Shown here: positions 18,267 to 27,941 of the stretch, piece by piece
Layout: every line of letters begins with the position of its first letter
Numbering within the stretch: position 1 is the stretch's first letter
Assembly: GCA_964426555.1 (NCBI GenBank)
Contig: CAYRQJ010000004.1
Location: 19,109-83,108 of the forward strand
DNA length: 64,000 nt
Direction: 5' to 3'
Source: an uncultured Candidatus Saccharibacteria bacterium
Lineage (GTDB): Bacteria > Patescibacteriota > Minisyncoccia > Phycocordibacterales > UBA9973
Translations under genes and position numbers: made by a program
The notes under the pieces: model-generated
Databases searched by the model: none
Seen by the model: the letters and a program-made list of their open reading frames with translations, nothing else
Told to the model about the DNA's origin: nothing

Positions 18267-21200
18267 CTATTTATTATTTTCTTTATACTGTCTAATTTTT
18301 TCATTTATTTCTGAAGTTTTTGCTGCAAAAATAGCTTGTTCTCTTGAGCTCATTTGTTCTTGATTAATTACCTTATCAGTAATTTGATTTAATCTTTCAT
18401 CTGTAACTACATTTTTATCAACAAAACTATTCCATTCTTCGTCTCCAACTTCAGCTAAGCCTTTATTTTTATAGTATTCTTCAATATTTTTAGTTTCTTT
18501 GTCAAAATCTTCTTTATCTTTTATAGTTTTAGCTAAATTCTCTTCAGATTCTCTATATCTGTCTTCTAAGTCTTGTGGTATTTTTTCATTTGGATTGTTT
18601 TGTTCAAAATCTTCAAATTCTTTAAACAATTCTCTTTCTTTTGAAGTTGCTAAATCAATTTCTTTGTCTAATTCTTCTTCTTTTTCTGCTTGACGATATC
18701 TGTCTTCTAAATCTTGTGGTATTTTTGTATTTGGATTTTTTGCAACAAAATCTTCAAATTCTTGAAAAATAGTTTCTCTTCTTTTTTTACTAGTTTCTTG
18801 TTTTGATTCACTAATTGAACCCACAATATTTCCAGACCTATTATCTACTGCTTTTACTTTACCATCAACGGCTGTAACATCTTTTACTGCAGTTTTTTTA
18901 ACTTTATCTTGTCCACTAGCTTTTTGTTCTCTACCTTTATCTTTTTTATTTTCAGCTTGCTCCATTGGTCTTCGTGGAACTATTGGAACTGGGATCGGTG
19001 GTTCTATTTCAGTTTCTCCTGGTAAATCAAAACGAATATGATTTATTTGGTTATTATTAACAATTGTATCAGTTACACTACCAGCATGATCGGTACCAAT
19101 ATGAGTAGCCAGCATTTGCATATGCTCAACTCCATTAGCATCAACACCATGCAAGTTGCCTATTTCAGCATAAGCACCTGTAAATACAGCATGACCATTT
19201 GATGCTTTTTCTATCATCATTTGGAAAGCTGCACTATCGTGTGGAATTACACCATTACCAAATTCATCTACAGGAATTTTAATTGGAAACATTTGACCAT
19301 CTTTTGTTACAGACAATAATAAAAACAAATTTTTGTTTTCCATTTGATCATGCGCAGCAACGGAAATATCGTCTCTCCATGAACCATCATTTAACATATG
19401 TTTTACATTAAATACAGCATCTCCATTTTCGTTAAAACCAGATCCACCTACTCCGCCCCATTGTGCTTTAAGCTCATTAAAGTCAGCACCCAAAAGATGT
19501 CCTGGGTTATTTGGGTCTTCATACATTGGTGTATCATTACCCATCCAGTCTCTACTAATATGAGTACCTAATTCTTGATGATCACGCATATATTCAGTAG
19601 CAGATTTTGTAACTGTTTCTGTAGTATTTTCACCAATAAATACAGCATCAGTATTTACATCTGCGGCTCTTAATGCTGCAAGAGATTCTGGGGTTAATTG
19701 GTTAGTAGCTGGGTCAATAGTAAGATCTTTTGCTACCACATCACTACCATGCATTAAATTATAAGATCCGTCTGGGTTTTCATGCAAATCAACTCCATCT
19801 GGTAAATGAGCATGGACACCACCAATTATTTCCTCATGACCAACACCCATTGGGATTCTTGGACCACCACCAAATAAAAATCTTCGAGCTGATTCCATTG
19901 CAGTAGCAGTATCACTAACGTGCATGTCATCGTTTGGTCCTGTGAAATGATTATGTATGCCTTTTACAGTTCCTTCAATCACACCATCTTCGTGAGTAAA
20001 TAAAGATGTAACTTCTTGAGTAGCAAAACTAAATATTGCTCCACCGACTACTCCTTTTACAAAAGCTTTTGCAACTCTTTTTGCTTTTATTTTTCTATAA
20101 ACTTTATCTTTTTCACCAATTTCTCCCTCTGTTAGATCATTTGAAAAAGTATCAACTAATGTTTTAAAATTAGCATCAAAATTAGCATGACGAGGACTGC
20201 TTGATTTACGAAGAGCTACTTTTAACATTGCGGCTTTTTCTAAAATAGCAGTACGGTCTGATTCAACTTTATCAAAACTTTCGTATGAGACTAAATCAAT
20301 TTTATTTTTTTCACCAAGTTGAATACGTGATTCAAAATCAACTAATTCGGCAACAATTTGATCCGCTTCGGCATCTGTTAAATCACCTCGTTCAAGTAAT
20401 GCTAATGAATTATCAAATGTAGATTTTATTTCTGTCGCATTTCTTGTTTCGTAAGCAGTTTTGTCCATTTCATTGCGACGTTCCATGTCGGCATCAAATT
20501 TTGTACCCTTTGCTTTTTCGCGCATATGTTGTGTACGTTCTCTTCTTGTACGAACAGATTCTTTTGAAGCTTCAAATGCTCCACCCACAACAAGACCTCC
20601 ACCAAATGCTAACCATTTAGCTGTATTTTTTGCTAGGCTTTTACTTAATGCTTTAATACCAAAATATGCTCCAGCAATAGCCCCAGTAGCTCCTATATTT
20701 ATTAATGCAGTACCTAATTTGGTTTTACCTGATGCTTCCATTATCTTATCAAAAGCAGTCTTTGAAGCTTCAGAATTTAAACTTTCTCGGGCTTTACCAA
20801 GAGTAAGCTGTACATCAAAATCCATATCTTGCAATGATTGGCCGTGGGCAATAGAATCTTTAACTTCTTTAGCGATATCAAACAAATTATCTGCATACAA
20901 ACTATTTTCTTGAGCATAAGCAGGATTATGCAAAAAAATTAATCTATCTTTTTCTGCTTTAAAAGCTTCTTCACTCATTGTATTTGAAGCAGCGTAAGAT
21001 TTGATTAATTCTTTTATTTGATTATTTACAGCAGTATTTCCTTCTCTTTTGGACTCATTTTCTTCTTCTCTTAATATTTCATCAGAAAATTCACTGGTGA
21101 AACGATCAACAATACCTTTCATTGCATTCTTATTATGTTCAGCATCAGCGTGGCCTTCTTCGCCATATTGTTTTTCGCCTTCGTAAAGATTGCCACTGTC

Positions 21201-21482
21201 TAAAATTTGCTGACGAACTTTTTCAACTTCTTTATTGCGATAATAGTCTTGAGCTAAATTATGTTTCCAAATACGTTTAAAAAATCGTTTAGTTCGACTA
21301 CCGGAAAGATCATCTTTTGATTCTGTCATGCGAGCATCAGCAATATCACGAGATTGTGCCGCAGCCAACTCGTCTATATTGATAATTCCAGCTTTAAAGA
21401 CTTTCTTTTCTATTTTTTTAGATGGATCATTATTTTCGTCTTTTTTATTATTGGGAACAGCATTCGGTATTATTTTGTCCAT
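18267..21482 (-). CDS. Large hypothetical protein (1071 aa): helical N-domain with Gly-rich hydrophobic helices, central beta-rich domain, Pro hinge, acidic repeat tail
   Basis: Long ORF with genome-like codon use; no family recognised. Confidence 0.8.
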   Translation of the reverse strand: MDKIIPNAVPNNKKDENNDPSKKIEKKVFKAGIINIDELAAAQSRDIADARMTESKDDLSGSRTKRFFKRIWKHNLAQDYYRNKEVEKVRQQILDSGNLYEGEKQYGEEGHADAEHNKNAMKGIVDRFTSEFSDEILREEENESKREGNTAVNNQIKELIKSYAASNTMSEEAFKAEKDRLIFLHNPAYAQENSLYADNLFDIAKEVKDSIAHGQSLQDMDFDVQLTLGKARESLNSEASKTAFDKIMEASGKTKLGTALINIGATGAIAGAYFGIKALSKSLAKNTAKWLAFGGGLVVGGAFEASKESVRTRRERTQHMREKAKGTKFDADMERRNEMDKTAYETRNATEIKSTFDNSLALLERGDLTDAEADQIVAELVDFESRIQLGEKNKIDLVSYESFDKVESDRTAILEKAAMLKVALRKSSSPRHANFDANFKTLVDTFSNDLTEGEIGEKDKVYRKIKAKRVAKAFVKGVVGGAIFSFATQEVTSLFTHEDGVIEGTVKGIHNHFTGPNDDMHVSDTATAMESARRFLFGGGPRIPMGVGHEEIIGGVHAHLPDGVDLHENPDGSYNLMHGSDVVAKDLTIDPATNQLTPESLAALRAADVNTDAVFIGENTTETVTKSATEYMRDHQELGTHISRDWMGNDTPMYEDPNNPGHLLGADFNELKAQWGGVGGSGFNENGDAVFNVKHMLNDGSWRDDISVAAHDQMENKNLFLLLSVTKDGQMFPIKIPVDEFGNGVIPHDSAAFQMMIEKASNGHAVFTGAYAEIGNLHGVDANGVEHMQMLATHIGTDHAGSVTDTIVNNNQINHIRFDLPGETEIEPPIPVPIVPRRPMEQAENKKDKGREQKASGQDKVKKTAVKDVTAVDGKVKAVDNRSGNIVGSISESKQETSKKRRETIFQEFEDFVAKNPNTKIPQDLEDRYRQAEKEEELDKEIDLATSKERELFKEFEDFEQNNPNEKIPQDLEDRYRESEENLAKTIKDKEDFDKETKNIEEYYKNKGLAEVGDEEWNSFVDKNVVTDERLNQITDKVINQEQMSSREQAIFAAKTSEINEKIRQYKENNK
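18540..18790 (-). repeat. Intragenic tandem duplication, 141 bp (47 aa) period
   Basis: EFEDF..NPN.KIPQDLEDRYR occurs twice; gtcttc anchors at 18561 and 18702. Confidence 0.85.
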
Positions 21483-21490
21483 AGGAGTAA

Positions 21491-21781
21491 TTAATTAAAA
21501 TATAAACTTTTAAATTCTTGCATTTCTCTTAGCATAAGTTCTTCTACATTTGGAATATGTGCCATTAGAAATTTATTTATTTCTTCTTCATTATCAGTAT
21601 CCAAAATTTTATCAAATGATGGTAATTGATCTTCAGATAAATGACTAACGATCATGGCATTTATGCGAGTTTCAAATCGATCAGAAAGATCAGATTTAAT
21701 TTGAGCAAGAACTTCGGGGTCTTTATTTTCGTAACCTTTTTCTTTAATAATAAGTTCTATAAAATCTTCTATATTTTTCAT
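21491..21781 (-). CDS. Small acidic helical protein (DUF5663-like, CPR-typical)
   Basis: Start reassigned to MKNIEDF (96 aa); HLSEDQL..F..IL and IPNVEEL motifs. Confidence 0.7.
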   Translation of the reverse strand: MKNIEDFIELIIKEKGYENKDPEVLAQIKSDLSDRFETRINAMIVSHLSEDQLPSFDKILDTDNEEEINKFLMAHIPNVEELMLREMQEFKSLYFN

Positions 21782-21844
21782 ATCTAAATTATACAAATTA
21801 AAGGGCGAATATGTCAATAAATAACTAATAATACTTATAGTTAC

Positions 21845-21890
21845 ATTATATACTAAGACTTGACTTTTGTCCATTAGTATGCTATTATAC
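21845..21890. promoter_or_regulatory. Overlapping divergent sigma-70 promoters
   Basis: Plus strand TTGACT-17-TATTAT (21860-21888); minus strand TGGACA-17-TATAAT. Confidence 0.65.
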
Positions 21891-22012
21891 TACTAATCCC
21901 CTATATGGGCAGTTCATTGAAAAATGACGGTTAAAAAATTTGTATTTTGTCGGGTTTGTGTTGAGTTTTACCATTCAGGTAGAAACAGCACAAATCAAAT
22001 AAAAAACAAAAC

Positions 22013-23065
22013 ATGTTTAACAGCAAAGGAGCCGCAACGGCACCACAAACAGAAGAAGCTCTATTAGAGCAGTTCTTGGTAAACGAGAACAACGTACAAA
22101 TGAACATTAAGTCTCTAGTACGCAAAATCGAGGAATTAAAGAATAAACTTGCTAAAATGAGCAAGGAGTTGTTTGGGACAGAAAACTTTACTGAAAAGAA
22201 AAGTTTTTGGCCTCATGTTCTTCTTTTTTTAATTCTTTTACTGGTTGCTGGAATTGAAATCCCAGTAAACGCGATGTCTTTCGAAATCTTTGACCGTAAT
22301 CCTGAGGAGACTCAGATTATGGCAATCGGTTTTGGTTTTTTAATCGCAGTTTTGGCTCACTTTACAGGATTTAGCCTGAAAAGAGCTTTTTCTGGAGAAA
22401 AGAATTTTTATTTCATATTTTTTGCCTGCATCATAATTGCTGGTTTTGCATTCTACACAACTGCATCATTTAGATTGCAGTATGCAGAAATTATGCATCG
22501 CAATGGGGTTTTAAAGTTTGGTCAGCAATTTTTCTTTGGCGTTGTAATGTACATCGTTGGAGCAATTGCAAGTTTTTTCCACACTAGTGGGGTAAAAAAC
22601 AGTAACCTTGAAAAGGTTTTCAAGGCCGAATTAAATAACCTAAGGTCTACAAAAATAGATCTAGCAAAAAATGTAGCAAAACGAGATCAATTGCGTAAGC
22701 AATATGCACTCGATAAAGCTGCAATTGAGCAAGCTAAAATTGATGAAATTAAACAAGAAAATGAAGAAAACAAAAAAATAGCCAAAAACGAAGCAGACCG
22801 GAATGAAAAATCTAAGAACACTGCAATCGAAATGAGAGCAGAGTTTGAAGAAATTTCAAAAAAGTTTGATATTGATTTAGGTAAAGCACAAGTAATGTTA
22901 AGTGATTCAACTTTTTCTAAGGCTCAAATGGAGGAATTTATTCCTTATATGGAGATAAAAGAAAGACTAGAATTATTATTAGCTGATGCTGCAAAAGTTT
23001 CTTCAAACGAAACCATGGGCAGGCTTGATGAAATGAACAATCAGTTTAACAATTTAAATGCTTAA
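22013..23065 (+). CDS. Hypothetical membrane protein, 4 TM helices flanked by coiled coils
   Basis: 350 aa; first gene of an overlapping three-gene operon. Confidence 0.8.
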   Translation: MFNSKGAATAPQTEEALLEQFLVNENNVQMNIKSLVRKIEELKNKLAKMSKELFGTENFTEKKSFWPHVLLFLILLLVAGIEIPVNAMSFEIFDRNPEETQIMAIGFGFLIAVLAHFTGFSLKRAFSGEKNFYFIFFACIIIAGFAFYTTASFRLQYAEIMHRNGVLKFGQQFFFGVVMYIVGAIASFFHTSGVKNSNLEKVFKAELNNLRSTKIDLAKNVAKRDQLRKQYALDKAAIEQAKIDEIKQENEENKKIAKNEADRNEKSKNTAIEMRAEFEEISKKFDIDLGKAQVMLSDSTFSKAQMEEFIPYMEIKERLELLLADAAKVSSNETMGRLDEMNNQFNNLNA

Positions 23066-23762
23066 AAACATGAAAAATTTAAAATTGATTCTAGTTTCTG
23101 GCATTATTATTGCCTTGTTTTTTTCTTCTTGTTCTTCTACGGTTTCAGAAAAATCTACTCAAGATGTTTACATCTTGGTAGATAATACTGAAGCTAATCT
23201 CAATTCTCGTGAAGATCTGGTTACAACCAGTGAAATCGTGGAGATGGTAAAGTCAGGTGGCACTGTTACTTGGCAAAACATAAATGCTGTATCTTTGAAT
23301 TCACGAAAATCTATTGAGGTTACTCTTCCAGAGAACCCAACAAACTTCCAGAAAATGAATGTTCTGGAGCCGTTTGAAAAAGAAGTGAATGAGTTCAATA
23401 AAAAATTTCTGGGTCCTGTCACAAAGGGCACAGACAACAGCAGCATTTACAAGCCGGTATGCCAAGCTTTAACGACATTGTCTAAATCTTCCGCAAAAAA
23501 ACAAACCTTGATAATTGTTTCTGACATGATAGAAAATTCCCAGTTTGGGAATTTCTATAATCAAAAGCAAACTTTTGCTCAGGTAAAGAACCAGCTCGAC
23601 AGTAGTGGTTTTTCCTTTCCAAAAGATACTCGTATCAAAGTTATTATTTTGTATCATGCCGATAACCAAAAGCATGAAAAACAGCATGACAAAGCCATGA
23701 GGTTTTGGCAAAAGTTGTTTGAAGATGCAGACATTGAGTTTGAGGTGAGGGCTAATTTATAA
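23058..23762 (+). CDS. Putative lipoprotein with vWA-like fold
   Basis: Lipobox-like FFSSC; VYILVDNT (partial MIDAS), SSIY..V..AL and LIIVSDMIEN strands; start may be ATG 23070. Confidence 0.7.
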   Translation: MLKNMKNLKLILVSGIIIALFFSSCSSTVSEKSTQDVYILVDNTEANLNSREDLVTTSEIVEMVKSGGTVTWQNINAVSLNSRKSIEVTLPENPTNFQKMNVLEPFEKEVNEFNKKFLGPVTKGTDNSSIYKPVCQALTTLSKSSAKKQTLIIVSDMIENSQFGNFYNQKQTFAQVKNQLDSSGFSFPKDTRIKVIILYHADNQKHEKQHDKAMRFWQKLFEDADIEFEVRANL

Positions 23763-23767
23763 AGGCC

Positions 23768-24271
23768 ATGGGAAGCGCAGAAAATGAAGCTGTAAAAAAG
23801 CTTGCTGCCCTTCTTCCACAACTAATCGATGTGAAAACTAAAATAGTACAAATTCAGGAAAAACTTTCCCAAATAAAATACTACAAAGAGTTCAAACAAA
23901 ACATCGATGCGCCGAGTGTACTTCCAATCCAAGAAGCCGAGGTTTTTGCAAGGTTTATAACTAATTTTCAAAAAACAATTCTTGATTTCAAGAAGTCGTT
24001 CAATGAGAACGATCTTTCAGAAGAATCAAGAGAAATCTTTCTAAGTATATTTTTATTAGTATGCAAAAAAGGTTTAGTTGTTGATGAAGATCAAATTGTT
24101 TACTTTGACAAAAGCCCCGGTCTTTGGAAAAAGAGTACGGTATATGTTCTGGGAAAATGGGACGATTTACCCTATAAAGCGAAAGCTGGGTATTCGTTAC
24201 AGGCTTATGGATACTTGTTAAGCTACAGTGAACTGGTAAGTCTTATAGACAAACTAGATTCGCTAATCTAA
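23768..24271 (+). CDS. Hypothetical helical protein
   Basis: 167-aa ORF 5 nt after the preceding stop, followed by a terminator. Confidence 0.7.
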   Translation: MGSAENEAVKKLAALLPQLIDVKTKIVQIQEKLSQIKYYKEFKQNIDAPSVLPIQEAEVFARFITNFQKTILDFKKSFNENDLSEESREIFLSIFLLVCKKGLVVDEDQIVYFDKSPGLWKKSTVYVLGKWDDLPYKAKAGYSLQAYGYLLSYSELVSLIDKLDSLI

Positions 24272-24290
24272 CCGTCATTTAAAATTACAA

Positions 24291-24320
24291 GGCCCGTTCA
24301 AGAAATTGAACGGGTTTTTA
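24291..24320 (+). terminator. Intrinsic terminator
   Basis: gcccgttcaa-gaaa-ttgaacgggt followed by a T-tract. Confidence 0.8.
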
Positions 24321-24375
24321 TTTGATTTTTTGAATTTGTGTGATATTATATAAAAGAAAAAAATAAAATAAAACT

Positions 24376-25572
24376 ATGAAAATTAAAAATAAAATACTAA
24401 TCTGGATAATATTCATTATTCTTTCCTCATGTTCAAAGTTCCAAAAAGGTGGCGTCGATGAAACTGGCCTTGATATGGTTGAAGTTGAAGTTCCCTATTT
24501 TGGTAAACTATACACATTTGATTTTTATGGCAGAGAAATCACAATAAAAATTAATCCGTCTATAGTAGCTGATCTTGATTTGGAAAGTAACGACACTGCT
24601 CAAATTAGAGAGTTAGTTAAAAATCTAAAAGACAAAAATTTTGATAAAACAGTAAAAATGCTGATTGACCAAGCAAAAGAAATGGAGCTTGATGCTTTTG
24701 GCTATAGATTACTGTTAAAAAAGTTTGTTGAAGAAATTCTTGAAGACAAATCAAAAAACTTTGGAGAAGTCATAATGTGGTATGGGTTACGAACTAATGA
24801 CCTTGATGCGATACTTTCTAAAAAAGGTAAGCGGATTTTTTGCTATTCTTCTGGGTGGGGTTATTATTTTGTGAGAGATAAAACCGATGAAACAAATAGA
24901 GGAATGATGTCTTTAAATATAGAAAACACAGGGTACTGGAATGACAATAAGAATATTAATCCTGAAAACCAAGACCTACTTTTATCTTTTGATTTATTTC
25001 CAAAATCTAAACATTGCGATTTTATTTTTTCTAAAAAACTTCCTAAATTAGGCAAAAAGATTTTTTCTAAAAAAAGAAGCTTTGTTTATAAAGGAAGAGT
25101 TTATCAATTAAAAACATCATACAATAAATACTTTGTGCAATATTTAAACTCTCTCCCAATGAGAGGGCTTGGCAGAGAATATTTTAAAATTGAATTTAGT
25201 AAAGAAACTACGCAAAGTTTTGATTCTATACCTATGTGGATTAATGGCAAAACAAATGATGAAAAATTTAGCTTTTTACTAACTCTTGTGGATCAAGCTT
25301 TTCCTCATAGCGGTGGCGACAAAATTGAAAAATGGAATTATGTTGAACAAACCATGAAAGATGATTACGTCGACTGCGAAGACAGAGCAATTATGTTTTG
25401 CTATTTAGCAGAAAGATTTACAGATTCCAAAGCAGCCCTAGTCTTAAACGATGGTCACGCATGGGGTGCTGTACTAAACCAAAAATCATACAAATATACT
25501 ATGTGTGATCCGGGGTTAAAGTTGGGTCAAATGCTAGAACCAAATAAAAAATTCCGGATAATAGATCCTTAA
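24376..25572 (+). CDS. Putative lipoprotein with C-terminal transglutaminase/cysteine-protease-like domain
   Basis: Lipobox-like ILSSC; DCEDRA ... GHAW ... CDP candidate Cys-His-Asp triad. Confidence 0.7.
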   Translation: MKIKNKILIWIIFIILSSCSKFQKGGVDETGLDMVEVEVPYFGKLYTFDFYGREITIKINPSIVADLDLESNDTAQIRELVKNLKDKNFDKTVKMLIDQAKEMELDAFGYRLLLKKFVEEILEDKSKNFGEVIMWYGLRTNDLDAILSKKGKRIFCYSSGWGYYFVRDKTDETNRGMMSLNIENTGYWNDNKNINPENQDLLLSFDLFPKSKHCDFIFSKKLPKLGKKIFSKKRSFVYKGRVYQLKTSYNKYFVQYLNSLPMRGLGREYFKIEFSKETTQSFDSIPMWINGKTNDEKFSFLLTLVDQAFPHSGGDKIEKWNYVEQTMKDDYVDCEDRAIMFCYLAERFTDSKAALVLNDGHAWGAVLNQKSYKYTMCDPGLKLGQMLEPNKKFRIIDP

Positions 25573-25586
25573 TCCTAATTAACACA

Positions 25587-25619
25587 AATGCCCTCCTGCA
25601 AAAATAGGAGGGCATTTTT
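25587..25619. terminator. Bidirectional terminator
   Basis: aaatgccctcct-gcaaaaat-aggagggcatttt. Confidence 0.8.
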
Positions 25620-25640
25620 ATTTGTATTTTTATATTATTA

Positions 25641-27935
25641 TTACTTCGCTACTTTTACAGCGTCGCCAAATTCTATGGAAAGTAATTTAGATACAGCGTC
25701 GGACCCCATGGTTACTCCGTATATTGTGCCAGCGCGGGACATTGTTTCCCGGTTATGAGTCACTACAAGAAGCTGTGTTGACGTTGAAAGTCGTTCTAAC
25801 ATGTCACCATAGCGCCTTGAATTGGCTTCGTCTAGCGCAGCGTCAGTCTCGTCCAATACAAGAAAAGGTGGTGGATTAACTTGAGACATTGCAAACAACA
25901 GTGCAATAGAAACCAAAGACCGTTCCCCACCGGAAAGCATGTTTAATTCTTTAACTTTTTTGTTTGGTAAATCTACATGTATGTCTACACCACGTTCAAA
26001 TTTTGGCAAAGTAGTTTCGCCTGCCTGCGCAGACAGGTCTTCATTTTCGAGACCTTCTTCTATTTCTTCTAAAGATAAAGTTTTTTCTTTTCGCATTTCA
26101 GCAACAAGAGAAAGAAATGCATTTCCCCCACCAAACATAGCTTTAAAGAAATTACTAAATTCACTATTTATTTTATCTATTCCGCGACTGAATTCTTTGC
26201 GAACAGTATCACGCAATTCCCCTATTAATCCCAACAGTGACTGCATACTTTGGTGTAAATCAGTTAGTTCTTTTGCTAAATATTCATCACGCTCTTTAGC
26301 ATTATCAAATTCTTTCGTTATTTCGTCACCACTGCCACCACCTAATTCTTCTAACTTCATACGTAGTCTTTCTAAACTGCGTCTTTCAGATTGTAGTATT
26401 TCTTTTGTAGCATTGTCTAATTTTTCTTCTGAATTTAGTGAATGAATTAAAAATGGTTCAAAGATTTTGTATTCTTCACGAAGAAGCATTATGTCCCCCA
26501 GAATTCTTTCCAGCTCATTTTCTCTATTTTGTTTTTCCGCGTTAAGACGAACACGCTCTACACGTTTTTTGTAATTTTCAGATTCAAAGCTACGCATTTT
26601 GGATTCTTCATCCAGTAAATTTGCGCGCTGTAAATGTTCGTCTTTTTCTAGAATACCAATAGAAGCAATGTTTTGTTCTATTTGGTTTTTTAGATCTTCT
26701 TGCATTGCTATAGCTGCTGACAATTCTTCACTATTATCAGTGTCTATATCTTCTCCTATATCTTTATGAATTCTATATTTATTTAAAAATTCTTTTACGC
26801 GGTGGCTAAGATTTTTTAGATTATCTATCCAAACATATTTTTCAGTATCAGGATTGCCTACTAAATTATCTATTTCATCAGCTAAATGGTCACAAAAAGA
26901 TGTAAATTCATCTTTACTAATATGCACAATTTCACTAGCTACTATTGGCTTTTTCTTTGGAGTTTGCAGTGCTTCAACAAGACCTTCGGTGCGACCAAGA
27001 CTGCGCTCTAAATTCTCACGAGTTCGAAGTAATGCAGATTTTTCAATTTGAATTTTCTCTATTGCTTCTTTTAATACAAATATTTGACTATTGTCATACA
27101 CTGCTTCATCTTCTATATTTCCAGAATCTGCACCGTGAGTTAGAATTTCATTTTCAATATTAAAAATTTCTTTTCTTATATCTTCTTCTTTTTTGTTTAA
27201 AATACCGTACGATGCATTTTCGTATTTGTAATATCTTATAGATAATTCTTTGCGAGCTTCTTCTGCTTCGCTAAGTTTTTGAACTTGTTTTTCTAAAAAT
27301 TTAAGATGTGGTAATAATTCCTTGCGTGCTGCTTCTACTTCGGAGATATTTATTTTTGCTTTTTCTAATTTTCTTTCAGCATCACGAATACGCAACTCAT
27401 ATACTCTTAGCCCTAATGCGTCGTCTATCATACTACGACGTTCACGTGGAGATGAAGATAGCAATCTGTCAGCTTCACCCTGAGAAATAATATGGTGCCC
27501 AGATGCTCCAATATGAACTGAAGCCAATAAATCAGTAACATCTTTTAGCCTTACTTCGGTTCCATTAACACTGTATATACTTTTACCATCAGCATACAAT
27601 TCACGAGCTACGGTTACATTATCAAAATCCAGTGAAATATTTTTTCCACCATCGTTAGCTAATGTTAGTAATCTTTTTTTATTATCAAAAGTTATTGCTA
27701 CGCGTAATTTGTTGGCAGCACCAAGACCTTTGGATCCCTTGAATAATAAATCAGTACTACCTTTACCACGAAGAGATTTCATAGACTGCTCTCCCAATAC
27801 AAAACGAATAGATTCTACAACGTTACTTTTACCTGAACCATTAGGCCCAACTACTGCTGTAATTGAAGAATCAATAGTAACAACTATTTTTTTACCAAAA
27901 GATTTAAAGCCAGTTATTTCTAAAGTCTTTAACAT
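25641..27935 (-). CDS. smc: SMC-family ATPase, shortened, with no recognisable hinge
   Basis: GFKSF, GPNGSGKSN, SQG Q-loop, LSGGE signature, LVLDETDAALD, VTH; adjacent to rnc. Confidence 0.9.
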   Translation of the reverse strand: MLKTLEITGFKSFGKKIVVTIDSSITAVVGPNGSGKSNVVESIRFVLGEQSMKSLRGKGSTDLLFKGSKGLGAANKLRVAITFDNKKRLLTLANDGGKNISLDFDNVTVARELYADGKSIYSVNGTEVRLKDVTDLLASVHIGASGHHIISQGEADRLLSSSPRERRSMIDDALGLRVYELRIRDAERKLEKAKINISEVEAARKELLPHLKFLEKQVQKLSEAEEARKELSIRYYKYENASYGILNKKEEDIRKEIFNIENEILTHGADSGNIEDEAVYDNSQIFVLKEAIEKIQIEKSALLRTRENLERSLGRTEGLVEALQTPKKKPIVASEIVHISKDEFTSFCDHLADEIDNLVGNPDTEKYVWIDNLKNLSHRVKEFLNKYRIHKDIGEDIDTDNSEELSAAIAMQEDLKNQIEQNIASIGILEKDEHLQRANLLDEESKMRSFESENYKKRVERVRLNAEKQNRENELERILGDIMLLREEYKIFEPFLIHSLNSEEKLDNATKEILQSERRSLERLRMKLEELGGGSGDEITKEFDNAKERDEYLAKELTDLHQSMQSLLGLIGELRDTVRKEFSRGIDKINSEFSNFFKAMFGGGNAFLSLVAEMRKEKTLSLEEIEEGLENEDLSAQAGETTLPKFERGVDIHVDLPNKKVKELNMLSGGERSLVSIALLFAMSQVNPPPFLVLDETDAALDEANSRRYGDMLERLSTSTQLLVVTHNRETMSRAGTIYGVTMGSDAVSKLLSIEFGDAVKVAK
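26020..26037. repeat. 18-bp quasi-palindromic in-frame insert in smc (encodes LSAQAG)
   Basis: cctgcctgcgcagacagg; near-perfect palindrome in an acidic loop. Confidence 0.7.
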
Positions 27936-27941
27936 ACTATA

